Position numbers and translations under genes: made by a program | NCBI GenBank assembly: GCA_951406725.2 | Contig: OX597825.1 | Coordinates: 76,074,001-76,138,000, forward strand | DNA length: 64,000 nucleotides | Source of the DNA: Octopus vulgaris | Lineage: Eukaryota | Reading direction: 5' to 3' | Notes under the pieces: generated by a model | The model's database searches: none | Told to the model about the DNA's origin: nothing | What the model saw: only the letters and a program-made list of their open reading frames with translations | Shown: in pieces, positions 39,831 through 53,167 of the stretch | Layout of the letters: the number at the start of each line of letters is the position of its first letter | How positions within the stretch are numbered: position 1 is the first letter of the stretch

Positions 39831-40752
39831 TTATCTCAAATTAGTAAAACGGTGATTTAATTATGAACACAGAAAGAAATTATACATTAATCCCTATTTT
39901 TGTACGCAGTTGTATCCGTAAAAAATTTTATTTGCAGAGAGCAGAAATTGAAAGAAGATATATGAAATGGATATGTTTGTGTGTGTGTATGTGTGTATTT
40001 GTGTGTGTGTGTGTATGTGTGTGTAGGTGTATGTGTGTGTGTGTGCATATGTGTGTGTGCGTGTGTGCTTTCGCATGTGTATGTGAGAGAAAAAGAGGGT
40101 GAGAAAAATAGAGTGAGTGAGTGAAGGTGTGTATCGTGTTGACTGATGTCTTTTAAGGTACACACACATGCATAGAAAATGTGAGGTCATCATATAAAAT
40201 TTTTACGATTGTTGATTAATGGAAAAGATTATGTTAAATTTTTGAAATGCAAATATGTGAATGAAAATTAAGTTCAGACCTCTACATGGTAGGTAGACCT
40301 GGTTGAAATAGCAGACAAATCTCCCTCAAAACACCCTACTGTCTTAATCCGTCAATTCTGTCTATTATGTAATTTGAATGAGAAACTGTAACTAAAGATT
40401 AAGATTATTTACCTCACAAAGAGGTGAAAGAAGAGAGACAGTGTAGTGAAAGTTTTGGCTGACTGTCATCCTGTACTCCCCTTGTTGCTAGTGAAATGGT
40501 ATATGCCGGCTGTGTGAGCAACTGGATGTTTTAATGGCTGAACAAACAGGGAAATTCCATTAGAAAAGGTTTTAATCGATTTTCTCGGTAAGTATGTGGG
40601 CAAGGAAAAAATTACAAACCACATTCCAATCTATGTACCTGTCTTCACATGTGTGCCATTTTCCACGTGAATCCACCCGGCCGTTTGGCTGTGAACCGCA
40701 AGACAAGAAAGAATACAATGATTAACCATGTCCAATTTATATTATAGAGATA

Positions 40753-42005
40753 TTTGGGTTGACAACTAAGTTTCTGCCATTTAAAAAAATTTTGGAATTT
40801 ATTTTTTTAGAGAATTCTATTTTTGAATCATTTTGGAATCTATTTTGTTTTTTTCTAGTTAATTTTAGTTAATTTTTGTTTATTTTCAGATCATTAAAAT
40901 GGAATGTCAAGTTAAGAAAAACAAGCATTTTCAACACCTCCTTCGTTTTGCTTTTAATCAAGGTTCTAAGGCCGCAAAAGCTGCTCGTGACATTTGTGTT
41001 GTGTATGGTGAAGGTGTCATAGCTTAAAGAACTGCTTGTGATAGGTATGCGAAGTTGAAAAATGGAAATTTTGACCTCAAAGATGCACCTCATTCTGGCC
41101 ATCCAGTTGAGTTCAATGAAGAGCGATTAAACCAACTTTTGCACGGAAATTCTTGTTAAACAACAAAGAAACTGGCAGAGAAAATGGAATGCTCCTACAT
41201 TGCTATAGAGAAGCATCTTCACTCGATGGAAAGGTTCAGAAGTATGGAGCATGGGTTCCGCATGCAACAAAAATTAACAAGCCACAATCTCCGTTAGTTT
41301 CTTGCTCGTCACCGCTCAACTTGTGGATGCAAGCAACAATTTCTTTACCGAATCATTACTGGCAACGAAAAACAGTGCCTGTACATCAATATGAAGCAGC
41401 GTAAGGAATGGCTTAGCCCCGATAAACAAGCGACACTGTGTGTGAAACAAGATCTTCATCCACGTAAAATGATGTTGTGCGTATGGTGGTACTGGGAAGG
41501 GATTATCCATTACAAATTGCTTGAAAGGAACCAAACGCTCAACGCGGAACTCTATGTTCAACAGATGGAACAACTCAACACAGCTATCCAAGAGAAAAGA
41601 CCTAATCGGCAGCATGGAGTTCTTCTGCTGTACGACAACACCCGCCCTCATATTGCCAATATGACCAAGGAAGCCATTCAAATACATGGCTGGGAAGTGC
41701 TGCACACCTGCTATACTCTCCTGATTTGGCACCAATGGATTTCCACCTCTTTTGATCCTTTTCAAATGCTATGCGTGGGGTTTCATTCAATACTGATGCA
41801 GAATTAAGAGCTTGGTTGGATCAATTTTTCGAGTCGAAATCTGGTGATTTCTAACAATGAGGTATTGAAAATCTTGGTGAATGTTGGGAAGAAGTTGTAA
41901 ACAACAAGGGTGAATACATTATTGATTAATTAGTTGTTATTTTTTATTAAGCCTTTAAAAAAATTTTAAGTTAAAAAAACAGTGGGAACTTATTTGCCAA
42001 CCTAA
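40753..42005 (+). mobile_element. Full-length decayed mariner (DD34D) transposon
   Basis: TIRs ttgggttgacaactaagtt / aacttatttgccaacctaa with TA flanks; WVPH, IITGNEK, MMLCVWW, LLLYDNTRPH, YSPDLAPMDFHLF, with frameshifts. Confidence 0.9.
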
Positions 42006-42009
42006 TATG

Positions 42010-42077
<68 letters not shown>

Positions 42078-42078
<1 letters not shown>

Positions 42079-44157
42079 AGATTGGAGGACCCTTTCAAAG
42101 CTAGTTGACCGTACCTTGGTAGATAAAGCAATTAAGAGTATGAAGACAGGGAAAGCCCCCGGCCCATCAGGAATCACTGCAGAGATGCTCAAAATATCTG
42201 GCAGTGTCAGCTATAGCGTAGTCACCCGTATAGTTAACCAGGTGATACACGAAGGAGTCATACCCAATGACTGGTGTAGCAGCACTATAGTCAACTGCTA
42301 TAAAGGAAAAGATGACGCTTTAGATACAAATAATTACAGAGGCATCAAGTTGTTATATCAGGTAATGAAGGTCATGGAGAGGGTCATAGCCCAACTAATT
42401 AGGGAGAGAGTCAGCTTAGATGAGATGCAGTATGGGTTTGTGCCAGGGAAAAGCACCACTGATGCTACATTTCTGGTATGACAGCTGCAGGAGAAATACC
42501 TGGCCAAAGATAAACCTCTGTACCTGGCTTTTGTTGACATGGTGAAAGCCTTTGACAGGGTCCCTCAATCCCTTATCTGGTGGTCAATGGGGAAACTAGG
42601 GATAGATGAATGGTTAATGAGAGCTGTGCGAGCCATGTACAGGGATGCTGTCAGTAAGATGAGGGTTGGCAATGAGTACAGTGAAGAATTCCAGGTGGAG
42701 GTAGGGGTACAACAAGGTCCAGTCCTTAGCCCTCTCCTATTTATCAGAGTCCTCCAGGCAATAACGGAGGAATTCAAGACAGGATGACCCTGGGAGCTTC
42801 TCTATGCTGATGACCTTGCTCTATTTGCTGAGACACTATCAGAGCTAGAGGAGAAGTTTCAGGTGTGGAAAGAAGGATTAGAATCGAAGGACCTTAGAGT
42901 CAATCTAGCAAAAACCAAAGTCTTAGTAGGAAAGCAAACAAATCACAAATCCCACCAGGAAGATGACCTGCCTGATCTGTAGAAAAGTTACAGGTAGAAA
43001 CTCCATAAGATGCACCTGATGCAAGCTATGGACACATAAAAGGTAACACAATATCAAATAAAGGTTAAGTGGGAAGACAGTGTTTGTGTGTGGCAGATGC
43101 ATAGGGGCAATAAACACCAAAGATGTACAGAAAACAGATTCTATCACATGCCAGGGGGAAAAATAGAAGTAGTTGATAGCTTTCATTACTTAGGTGCCCA
43201 AGGTAGTAGCTGAGGTGGATGCTCTGAGAGCATAGCTGCTAGAATAAGAATATGCTGGGAAAAGGTCAGAGAGCTCCTACCTCTGCTGGTAACAAAGGGC
43301 CTCTTGCTCAGAGTGAAAAGTAGACTGTATGATGCATGTGTGCAAACAGCCATGCTACATGGCAGTGAAACATGGGCTGTGACCACTGAGGACATGCACA
43401 AGCTTGCAAGAATTGAAGCCAGTAAGCTCTTCTGGATGTGTAATGTCAGTGTGCATACATAACAAAGTGTAAGCGCCATGAGAGAAAAGTTAGACATAAT
43501 AAGCATCAGATGCGGTGTGCAAGAGCAACGACTGTGCTGATATGGTTATATGTTAATTATGTGTGGGGACAGCTATGTGAAGAAGTGTCACACCATAACA
43601 GTGGAGAGAACCTGTGGAAGAAGTAGACCCAGAAAGACCTGGGATGAGGTTGTGCAGCTCAACCATCAAACGTTGGGCCTTACAGAGGCAATGACATGTG
43701 ACCAAGACCTTTGGAGATATGTTGTGCTTGAGAGGACCTGGCAAGCCAAGTGAGATTGTAGCCATGGCTGATGCCAGTGTCACATAACTAGTGAGCCCCT
43801 CTAAAAGTACCCTTCAATTGTTGGGCAATATGCTGTGTTTGAGAAGACCTGTTGAGTCAAGTGAAATCATAGCTGTGGCCAATGCCAGTGCTGCCTGAGT
43901 GGCACCCATGCTGGTGGTACGTAAAAAACATCAATCGAGCGTGGTTGATACTAGTGCCACCTGACTGGCTCCCATGCAAGTGACATGTAAGAAGCACCCA
44001 GTACACTCTTTGACACTAGGGAGGGCATCCTGCTGTAGAAACTTTTCCAGATCAGATTAGAGCCTGATGGAGCCTCCTAGCTTACAAGTCCTAAGTCAAA
44101 CCATCCAGCCCATGCCAACATGGAAAACAAACATTAAACGATGATGATGATGGTGAT
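42078..44157 (+). mobile_element. 5'-truncated decayed RTE LINE
   Basis: KTGKAPGPSG, KAFDRVP, LLYADD with stops; UTR and (GAT)n tail; (TA)n on both sides. Confidence 0.9.
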
Positions 44158-44191
44158 ATATGTATGTATATACGTATATATATATATATAT

Positions 44192-44250
<59 letters not shown>

Positions 44251-44252
44251 TT

Positions 44253-44293
<41 letters not shown>

Positions 44294-44444
44294 AATTAAG
44301 GACTGAACACGAAAAGTGGACAGTCAACATGCTAGATATAGATGTCAAATCGCCATTCTCCACAAAAGATTATGTTCTCAGATCAAAACTCAGCACAAAA
44401 CCAAAGCAATAAACAAGTGAAAATATACGAAATAAGATAATTAC

Positions 44445-44508
44445 CCATGTACTGATCAGTTTCGGCTATTATTATCCGCAAGGATAACTGCAGCCTTCAT
44501 CAGCATGG
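44445..44508 (-). ncRNA. Type I hammerhead ribozyme (inverted copy)
   Basis: Reverse complement of the 44844 motif, differing only in the stem II loop (ttgc vs ttac). Confidence 0.85.
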
Positions 44509-44843
44509 TCCGTTATAAATGCAATTTGCTGGACTAGATGCAAACACGATACCGAAGTATCGCGTGCATGGAGTTCAGCCTATTACATTCGAATATATAT
44601 TTCAAATGCCTTTACTTTGGTGCGTTGAGACCCGAGAAAACCAGCCTGCAGCTAATAATTAGCAGCAGTCAATTTATCGCTTAGAGAACATATTTATTTA
44701 TATAAAATTAATTAAGGGTAGTAAGGCATTTCAAAAGTAAAGGCATTTGAAATATATATTCGAATGTAATAGGCTGAACTCCATGCATGCGATACTTCGG
44801 TATCGTGTTTGCATCTAGTCCAGCAAATTGCATTTATAACGGA

Positions 44844-44907
44844 CCATGCTGATGAAGGCTGCAGTTATCCTTACGGATAATAATAGCCGAAACTGATCAG
44901 TACATGG
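44844..44907 (+). ncRNA. Type I hammerhead ribozyme
   Basis: ccatg-CTGATGA-a-ggct..ttatcc ttac ggataa..agcc-GAAA-CTGATCAG-TA-catgg; predicted cleavage after 44902. Confidence 0.88.
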
Positions 44908-45349
44908 GTAATTATTTTATTTCGTATATTTTCACTTGTTTATTGCTTTGGTTTCGTGCTGAGTTTTGATCTGAGAACATAATCTTTTGTGGAGAATGGC
45001 GATTTGACGTCTATATCTAGCATGTTGACTGTCCACTTTTCATGTTCAGTCCTTAATTGGTATATATAAATATTTTAATCTTCGGAATCTTTTTTAATAT
45101 GCTAGACCACTGGTCTTAATTGATAAATATCAATTTCTACCCTTAATTAATTTTATATAAATAAATATGTTCTCTAACCGATAAATTGACTGCTGCTAAT
45201 TATTAGCTGCAGGCTGGTTTTCTCGGGTCTCAACGCGCCAAAGTAAAGGCATTTGAAATATATATTCGAATGTAATAGGCTGAACTCCATGCACTCGATA
45301 CTTCGGTATCGTGTTTGCATCTAGTCCAGCAAATTGCATTTATAACGGA

Positions 45350-45413
45350 CCATGCTGATGAAGGCTGCAGTTATCCTTACGGATAATAATAGCCGAAACT
45401 GATCAGTACATGG
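45350..45413 (+). ncRNA. Type I hammerhead ribozyme (tandem copy)
   Basis: Identical motif 506 nt downstream; predicted cleavage after 45408. Confidence 0.88.
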
Positions 45414-45780
45414 GTAATTATTTTATTTCGTATATTTTCACTTGTTTATTGTTTTGGTTTTGTGCTGAGTTTTGATCTGAGAACATAATCTTTTGTGAAG
45501 AATGGCGATTTGACGTCTATATCTAGCATGTTGACTGTCCACTTTTCGTGTTCAGTCCTTAATTGGTATATATAAATATTTTAATCTTCGGATTCTTTTT
45601 TAATATGCTAGACCACTGATCTTAATTGATAAATATCAATTTCTACCCTTAATTAATTTTATATATATATATATATGTGTATGTATATATATATATATAT
45701 ATATATATACCGGAGTAAACACATAAATGTGAAACAAGGTGGAAAAAAGAGTACTCAAATACCAGTAGTAGAGTAATATG

Positions 45781-45934
45781 CTTTATTTTAAGCAGCAAAA
45801 AATTCAACAAAATCTGTTACTCTGAGTTTCTCGTTGCCGTTCATCAGACAGTTTTTGCTAGAATCTGTCTGATGAACGGCAACGAGAAACTCAGAGTAAC
45901 AGATTTTGTTGAATTTTTTGCTGCTTAAAATAAA

Positions 45935-45935
<1 letters not shown>
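45781..45935. repeat. Perfect ~71-bp inverted repeat whose arms each carry a minimal hammerhead motif
   Basis: Arms 45781-45851 and 45865-45935. Plus motif atctgt-CTGATGA-acg gcaa cga-GAAA-CTCAGAG-TA-acagat (45863-45904), mirrored on the minus strand at ~45811-45851. Confidence 0.8.
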
Positions 45936-45985
<50 letters not shown>

Positions 45986-46194
45986 TCAGTTAGTGGTAAA
46001 ATTAGCCTCATTAAGGGATAGTAATATCAAATAAATTACTCACTCATTGCCTAATATTTGTGAATAATAATATTCACAAAATGATAGGTCTAAATATAAA
46101 TCATGGTTTATAGTCATTCAAAAGAAAATTACGAAAATGGAGATATAACATTTAATAAAATTAAAAATTTATTATCAGCAAAAATCCAATATAC

Positions 46195-46277
46195 TCTCTA
46201 ACAACCATTTCAATTAAGCCTAAAGATCAAAATAGCATTTATTAAATCATAATTTAGGCAAAATCTCATCAGAGAGA
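46195..46277 (-). ncRNA. Hammerhead-ribozyme-like motif (possibly decayed)
   Basis: tctct-CTGATGA-gattttgcctaaa..tttaggcttaatt-GAAA-tggttg-TT-agaga; stem III imperfect. Confidence 0.6.
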
Positions 46278-46299
46278 TATAAAAGATATACTGTTAGGT

Positions 46300-49200
46300 T
46301 ATTAGGTGTTGTATTTTCGAATCATCACAGCTGCAATGTCAATAGATTTCAAAGTCTTACCTTGAGTTTTATTAATAGACATTGCGAAGCAAAGTTGCAC
46401 TGGGAACTGTGTTCATTTGAACTCAAATGGCATGTCTGTTGCTTTGATTGCAATTCTTGGAATGAAAACCTCTTCCCCAGAGGCACATCCGGTGATGATG
46501 GTAACTTCTATTACATTAGGTGATAATGTCTTCACAATCAACCTTGTCCCATCACATAATTTAGGAGGATCTAAATTTCTTAGAAGCACTATTAGGACTC
46601 CTACCCTCAGAAGAAGTTTATGTGGAGGAATTTCAGGTGGTTCAAGAGCACTAAAGAACTCTGTTGGATAATGGACAGCTTGATTTTCATCAAGGACTGA
46701 ATCAACTGATTTTTACTCTTTAATGACTGTTGGTTAATCCTTGCAACTGTTTCATTTTTGGAGCAAGAATTGTCCTTTCACATAAAATTTTATGTGAATT
46801 ATAATTATTACTCAAGTCTGAAAATACCCTGTTCTTCAATTCAGCTGGAGAATTCATCATGATAACAATATGAGCCAAATTGATATCACTATTCCCATCA
46901 AATTGTACTTTCTTACTTTCTAATTGGAAGAGCCAAGTTAAAACCTGTTCTGCACATTGGTTCTCATGTAATAAACTTCACATGTTAGTATTGAAGGAGA
47001 ATTTCTGTACTTTATTCCATAGGTGTGAAGACTTAATGCTTCTTTAATTTCATCAGATCTTGTTCCTCTCAGAATGACTGATAATGTCTGCCTGAAGTCA
47101 CCTGATAAAACTAATGTAACTCCTCCTATAGATTTATTGTTGCCTCTTATGTCCTGTAAGGTCTTATCAAGAGCTTCCATTGCACCTCTATGTGACATGG
47201 TGCATTCATCCCAGATGATCAGGTGGCATTGGCACAACACTTCTGCTGAACCTGAACCTTTGCTTATGTTACAAATTGGACTCTCATTTCTGACAAGATT
47301 TAGCAACAATTTAAAAGCAGAATGAGCTGTTTATCCTCTTGGGAGAAGCGGGGCAGCAATGCCAGGTAATGCTACAGCAACTGAAAATCTTTTTTCTTGC
47401 TTTATCTTGGAGAAAAGCAATGTTGCTACAAATGTTTTACCTGTGCCACCAGGAGAATCTGATTGACAAAATAATTTTATCATATGCACAGTATTGTTGT
47501 GGAAGATGTTCATGTTCATTCACAAATGCAGCCAACTGTGTGATGTCATGTCTCTCTTGCTATGTCTTTTAAAGTAAAATCACAAATTTGACAGTTTGTT
47601 TTTGGCAGTCCAGAGCCAAACTCTTGTAAATTTTTGCCTCCCATGGCCAAAACTTCAATTCAATTAATGCTTGGTGAAAATTATTTCAGAGAACTGAATA
47701 TTGATATCTGGGTTTGCCAGTTGAACTGCCAACTTTAAGACCTCAGCCATGTCCTTACAGGGTTTCCTTGGAGAATCTGATACTGATGCTTCAGTCAATG
47801 CAAGGTCCCAATGCTCATCGTTTTCTAAAAAACCTTGTTGATAGCATGCTTCCCTATAAGTTTAACACACATGACCATTTACCCTCCTCAAATCTTGGAA
47901 TGATTTGGGATTACATACTTCATGCAAAAGGAACTGTTAGTAATAGCATTCTGCTTGGCTTGGGTAGACACTGTAAACTCTTGGCAGAACGTCAGCCCCA
48001 CGTGCCATTGTTGTTTCTCCAGATGTAATACTTGGGTAACTCTGAGTAGAGAAATTTTCTTGCATCTTCATCTACTTGACACAACTTTAAAAAGGCAGTA
48101 AGGGTAGTTTCTTTTGAAGAAAGTGCTTGTTGCAAGGCTGTCTGTTTTGTAAGAATAATCCTTTGGCCATTCTCTAGATGGACACTCAGATGAATGATGG
48201 CTGGGTGCCTCTCATGAATGAGAAAATTGAAGATGCACCAAAAAGCCTCATTGCTACTGATGTATTTTCCTTTGTCATACTGTGCATCCTCATCAGTTTT
48301 ATTTGTCTGCTGACTGCCATTCTGCATAAAAGTGTATGTTGCAGCAACTAAACCTTTGTTTATATATTTGCAAACATACTTAATAGACTTAACAGAGTTG
48401 CAGAATCCAACTTTGATATGGGCTTTGAAAGTTTTTGTAAGAAGAGAACAGTAGGGTACAACCCACTGATTGTCAATGATGGATTCTTGCCCTTTTCTCA
48501 TTCTTTTTTGAGAAGTAAATCCACCATGCCCAGGTTTTCTTTTTATGTAAAGTGGGTAGCTACCTTCTCCAGTTTGGGTTTCTTGTACAGAGGGACATGG
48601 GTAGTTCTTGGTACACTTATTATACCTCATGCATGGGAAGGATGGATTAACTGAACCACATGGCCCATGGATCATATGGGACTTGACAATTTCATGCAGC
48701 AAAGGATCTTGCTGTGGATCAGGCAGTTCAGCTGAGAAAAATAAATCAATATCATTTGGTCAAAGTTTTTCATGTAACCAAATCAAAATGTGGGTATGTG
48801 GAAATCCTTGTTTGTGTCATTCAAATTGTGTACATGTCACATTTGACTGTTCCAAAGACTTTGCCTTTTTTTAGGAGATCCAACAGCTTTATGACTTTAA
48901 GTCTGAACAGCCTAGCTATAATATCATGCGATATTTGGCTTCTTGATGATGATAAAGCTTACTCTTTATTTCATGCCATGTAGGGTCACATGTGATTGTA
49001 ATGAAGAGATCTGGACAATCATAGTGTCTGACATATGTAAGTGCATCTTGGGTACACTCATGCATATACCATGGACTTGCTGTAAAGCTTGATGGAACAA
49101 TGGCACAAAGCTGTCCAATGTTTTCAGCAGTCAATGCTCCTTCATTACTGATTGCATCTCTCAGGTGAATGTAATCTGATGCACGGAGATCTTTCTGATG

Positions 49201-51179
49201 TGTTTTAATGTAAAAAAGCCTTTTCCCTTCAATTTTTGCATACATATCAACTGCAAATTGCTGGAAGAGCTCACGTGAACAATGAAGAATATTGCTATCT
49301 TAATATGAATAGGTAAGCATAGAATTCCATGCAGCTTACTACTTTCATCAGTGCAGGATCTCTTGTTTTAAGATCTGTTTTTTTTCCTTATTCCAAAAGT
49401 GATATCCATCTTGGTCAAATACACAGATTAATGGATACTGGAGTGCATCATATGATCGGAGGGTTGCATTTATTCACTGAATATTATTTCTTCTTCCTTA
49501 AATAATAATATCTCTCTTCCCATACTTGTTGCCTGTAATAATTGCTGCTATTTCATAAGCAGCAGAGGCATCGTAGTGGCCTCTGTGCTCATATTTTTGT
49601 CTGCATCAATAACTATCTCGTATTCAGTGGGTAGTGCAGATTCCAATGCATACTTGAGGCTTCTGATGTAGCTATTGTTTGCATGCAACATATCTTGCAG
49701 ATCAAAGATTACCTCTTCTTTCAAATTTGGATGGTTAAATGACCATTGCTAAGCCTGCTCCTTGTAATTTGCCACAAAATATAACTGTAAAAACTGAGGA
49801 TTTTTGCTTTCAGTTGGCAACAAAGATCCAGTATGATGGTATACTTGACTGTGAACTTTAAAAGTTGGCTTCATGTTTCCTACTCTTATAACACTGCTAC
49901 CAAAGGAGGTCATTTAGAAAGCAGAAATATAATTGCTAAAGTTTTGCAAGAAGTGCATATTCCTTGGTGTGTCTCCCAAAATCAATGCCTTCAAAGTATC
50001 TGTGGGTGTACCAAATGTTGGCAAAACAACCGTTCCTCCACCACAACACATAGTGGTGGTTTCTCTTTCCCGTTTCTTTCCTTTACAAAATCTGCACTCT
50101 TTTGACATTGCTCTAATATCAATCAATTTCTCTGTAAAAAAAATTTGTTTTGGATCATAACTGAAAGCTGATCTTTTCCAAGTCCCCTTAAAAGATGCAA
50201 CTCTTTTGTCAAACATCTTGATCAAGATGCTATGTTTTTCCTCTGAGGATTGGCAAAGTCTTGCAGCAACTGTTTGCTCCTGTTTTTTTCTTTGTCTCAT
50301 CTCTCGCCGACTTACTGTCTCATTGGCAACTCTGGCAGCTTGTCTTTTTCTTGCATCTTTTAAACGTTTTTCTTTTTCCTTTTTTGACCCCTGGCTCCTG
50401 CAGATTGCATTTTGTTGACATAATTGTTCCACCCATTTTCCCCTTGCCTCTTGTGACTCATTGGCCCTGCATGCAGCAACTCTCCTCTGGTTGTTTTCTT
50501 GTCTTTGCTGTTGTTGTGAAGGGGTCTCTAGTGACCTTACTCTGGCTACATGTACTTGTCTTTGCTTCACTGTAAAATACTGATCATCTACATCTACCCC
50601 GTCTCCTCTTGTAGAGAGTAAGAAAATTTTTCTCGGAAACCCTTTTTGAAAATTAAAATGGGGATTAAATGAAAAAATGAGAGAAAGTTATGTGAATATC
50701 TTCATAAGAGTGATTGAAATAAAAGGTGATTGTGGCACGCTGCACAAATGCATACACACACACACGCATGTGCGCATGCATATACAGTGTCAAACATCAA
50801 CGTTTCTTTCTCTCTTGCTTTCCTCCTTTCTTTGTGCTGGCTCACTTTCACCTTCACCTATAGAACATGCATACAGTATCAAACATCAGCGTCTCTCCTC
50901 TCTCTCTCCTGCCATGTCTCTCTCTCAATAGAAACTTGTTTTCTCTCTGTTTTTTCTCTCTTCTCTCTACCTTTCTCTCATTCTGCATTTCTTTCACAAA
51001 TAATCTCTCTGTAATAGTTCATCTCTTTTAGTCTATGTCTGTTTCTGTCTGTCTGTCTCTTTTTAACTCACTCATACACTTACACTATCTACATTTCTCC
51101 CTCTATTGAAAAATGTGATGAATGAGATGGGGGAGGAGAAGTAAAGACCAGAAGTAAAGAGCACAGACATCTGCTAATA

Positions 51180-51185
<6 letters not shown>
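46300..51185 (-). mobile_element. Decayed autonomous Helitron (RepHel: HUH Rep + Pif1-like helicase)
   Basis: CRFC..MCCGGG zinc region, PDLFITITCDPTW, GFPHTHILIW, MIHGPCG..YVCKYINKG, PGGTGKTF, IIWDE, GDFRQ, QFPVQLCFAMSINKTQG; many frameshifts, 3' end not seen. Confidence 0.92.
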
Positions 51186-51221
<36 letters not shown>

Positions 51222-51229
51222 CAGATATA

Positions 51230-51560
51230 TTCTCTTTAAAATACTGTCCAATACATGTTTCTACAGCATAGATATCCTATGATGTAATATCCAGGTGCAT
51301 CCTCTGGTTTCAGTTGCATTATGATTTCATCCAAGATAAATATACCCAAACAGCTTTATCCAAGATGTTATTATTATGAATTTTTGAAGTAAACTGATGT
51401 ATAAGAAATTCTGATAATCATATTCTATGTATATTTTGGGTGGCGGGGGATCATGTGCATTTAGCAGAGGTAGTTGAGAAATTTGATATAGCTATAAAGT
51501 CTGTTACGATTAACCCTAGACTGACATTCATGTCTGACAATTTTAAAGAGAATAACTTGT
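51230..51560 (-). mobile_element. Very decayed Penelope-like RT C-terminal remnant
   Basis: LSDMNVSLGLIVTDF..PPATQN..SEFL resembles PLE FLD..TD.Y..HP..K..IPYSQFLR. Confidence 0.4.
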
Positions 51561-51641
51561 ACATATGACTTTAATAAACAATTTTCTAGATGTTACGATT
51601 ATCCATCCTTATTTTATCACCTATATATATAAATATACATA

Positions 51642-51693
<52 letters not shown>

Positions 51694-52046
51694 CATATTT
51701 GTTGTTGAAAATAGCCCTAAATTTGAAAAACTTGTACTTGGTTTCAAATATATATATTTACATATATACCAAACTAGTTTAAACATGTTTTGTTTATCAA
51801 TGGTAAAAATTTAAAATTAATGAATTGCAAAAACATTTTCAAAAGTTTCAATGTTTACGAGTTTAAATGTTCATAATACTCAGTAATATGAAAAAGTGTT
51901 TATCACATTGTTTAAATTCATAAAATTCAATTTAAATTCGATAAGTAAAATTCAATAGTGCAATCCTTAACATTTATGTATTAACTTTGTTGATCGATAA
52001 TTAATGTTATCCTATGGATGCATTTACAACCCCTATCTCAATTTGC

Positions 52047-52090
<44 letters not shown>

Positions 52091-52134
52091 AATACACACA
52101 AACACACACACACACACACACATACATACATACA

Positions 52135-52170
<36 letters not shown>

Positions 52171-52588
52171 CATATCGTCTATATACAAATATCGAAATGC
52201 GAAATAGACAAAACAGGGACAACTGAAGAAGGGGAATATTCCTTGTGTTGTATGTCTTGTACTCTGTTCTTTTCGTTGTTTGAAAAATAGTTTGTTTCCA
52301 TGTGTTTGTTTTTATGTTTTCGTTTCTCATTGTGTTCAAAGTTTTTTTGATATCCTGTACCCATATATGCATATATATATATATACATATAGATATAGGT
52401 ATGTACATATATGTATGTATATATGCATATATTTATATATTATTTTATTATTATGTGATCGAATGCCACACATCCTTTTCCATGTAAGTACATATGTATA
52501 TACATATATATATACACACATGCACACACACACACATATATATTTATATATACATATACATACATATATATATACACATATATACATA

Positions 52589-52623
<35 letters not shown>

Positions 52624-52869
52624 TAGTGAGCTGTGATTTTTGCTACCCAGGTATCGGTTAAACTTTTGAATAATCTGTAACAAGAAAATTCATCTTTCTA
52701 TTTCAACAAACATATACATATATATATATATATTTATATATATATATATATGCATACATATATCGGAGCCTAGTGCAGCCTTCTGGCTTCCCAGATCCCC
52801 GGTCGAACCGTCCAACCCATGCTAGCATGGAGAACGGACGTTAAACGATGATGATGATGATGATATATG

Positions 52870-52930
<61 letters not shown>

Positions 52931-52980
52931 CATATATATATGTGTGTGTATACACACACACACACACACACACACATATA

Positions 52981-53030
<50 letters not shown>

Positions 53031-53081
53031 GTGAGGGAAGAAATGGAGCTGGACGAAGATTTTACAAAATTCCTTTTTATT

Positions 53082-53167
53082 ATTTTCTACATATGTTTCA
53101 AAGGCTGCAAAGTCCCTAATTCGGATTGAATAAGGAGACCATTTTGCAGCTTTCTCTTCAGGAAAAT
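53082..53167 (-). ncRNA. Type I hammerhead ribozyme in pLTR
   Basis: attttc-CTGAAGA-gaaagctgcaaa..tttgcagccttt-GAAA-CATATG-TA-gaaaat on the minus strand. Confidence 0.85.

Larger units (their letters stand above)
44291..45660. repeat. Non-coding 506-bp unit in three copies: one inverted (44291-44721) and two tandem (44735-45240, 45241-45660); retrozyme / Penelope-pLTR-like
   Basis: Near-identical copies, one hammerhead per copy, inserted in (TA)n. Confidence 0.9.

Noticed and set aside
40411-40590. Splice-like signals on both strands (minus gag|gtaaat, plus cg|gtaagt)
   Set aside because: No open frame compatible with the phase-1 acceptor at 38770; cannot be supported without RNA data
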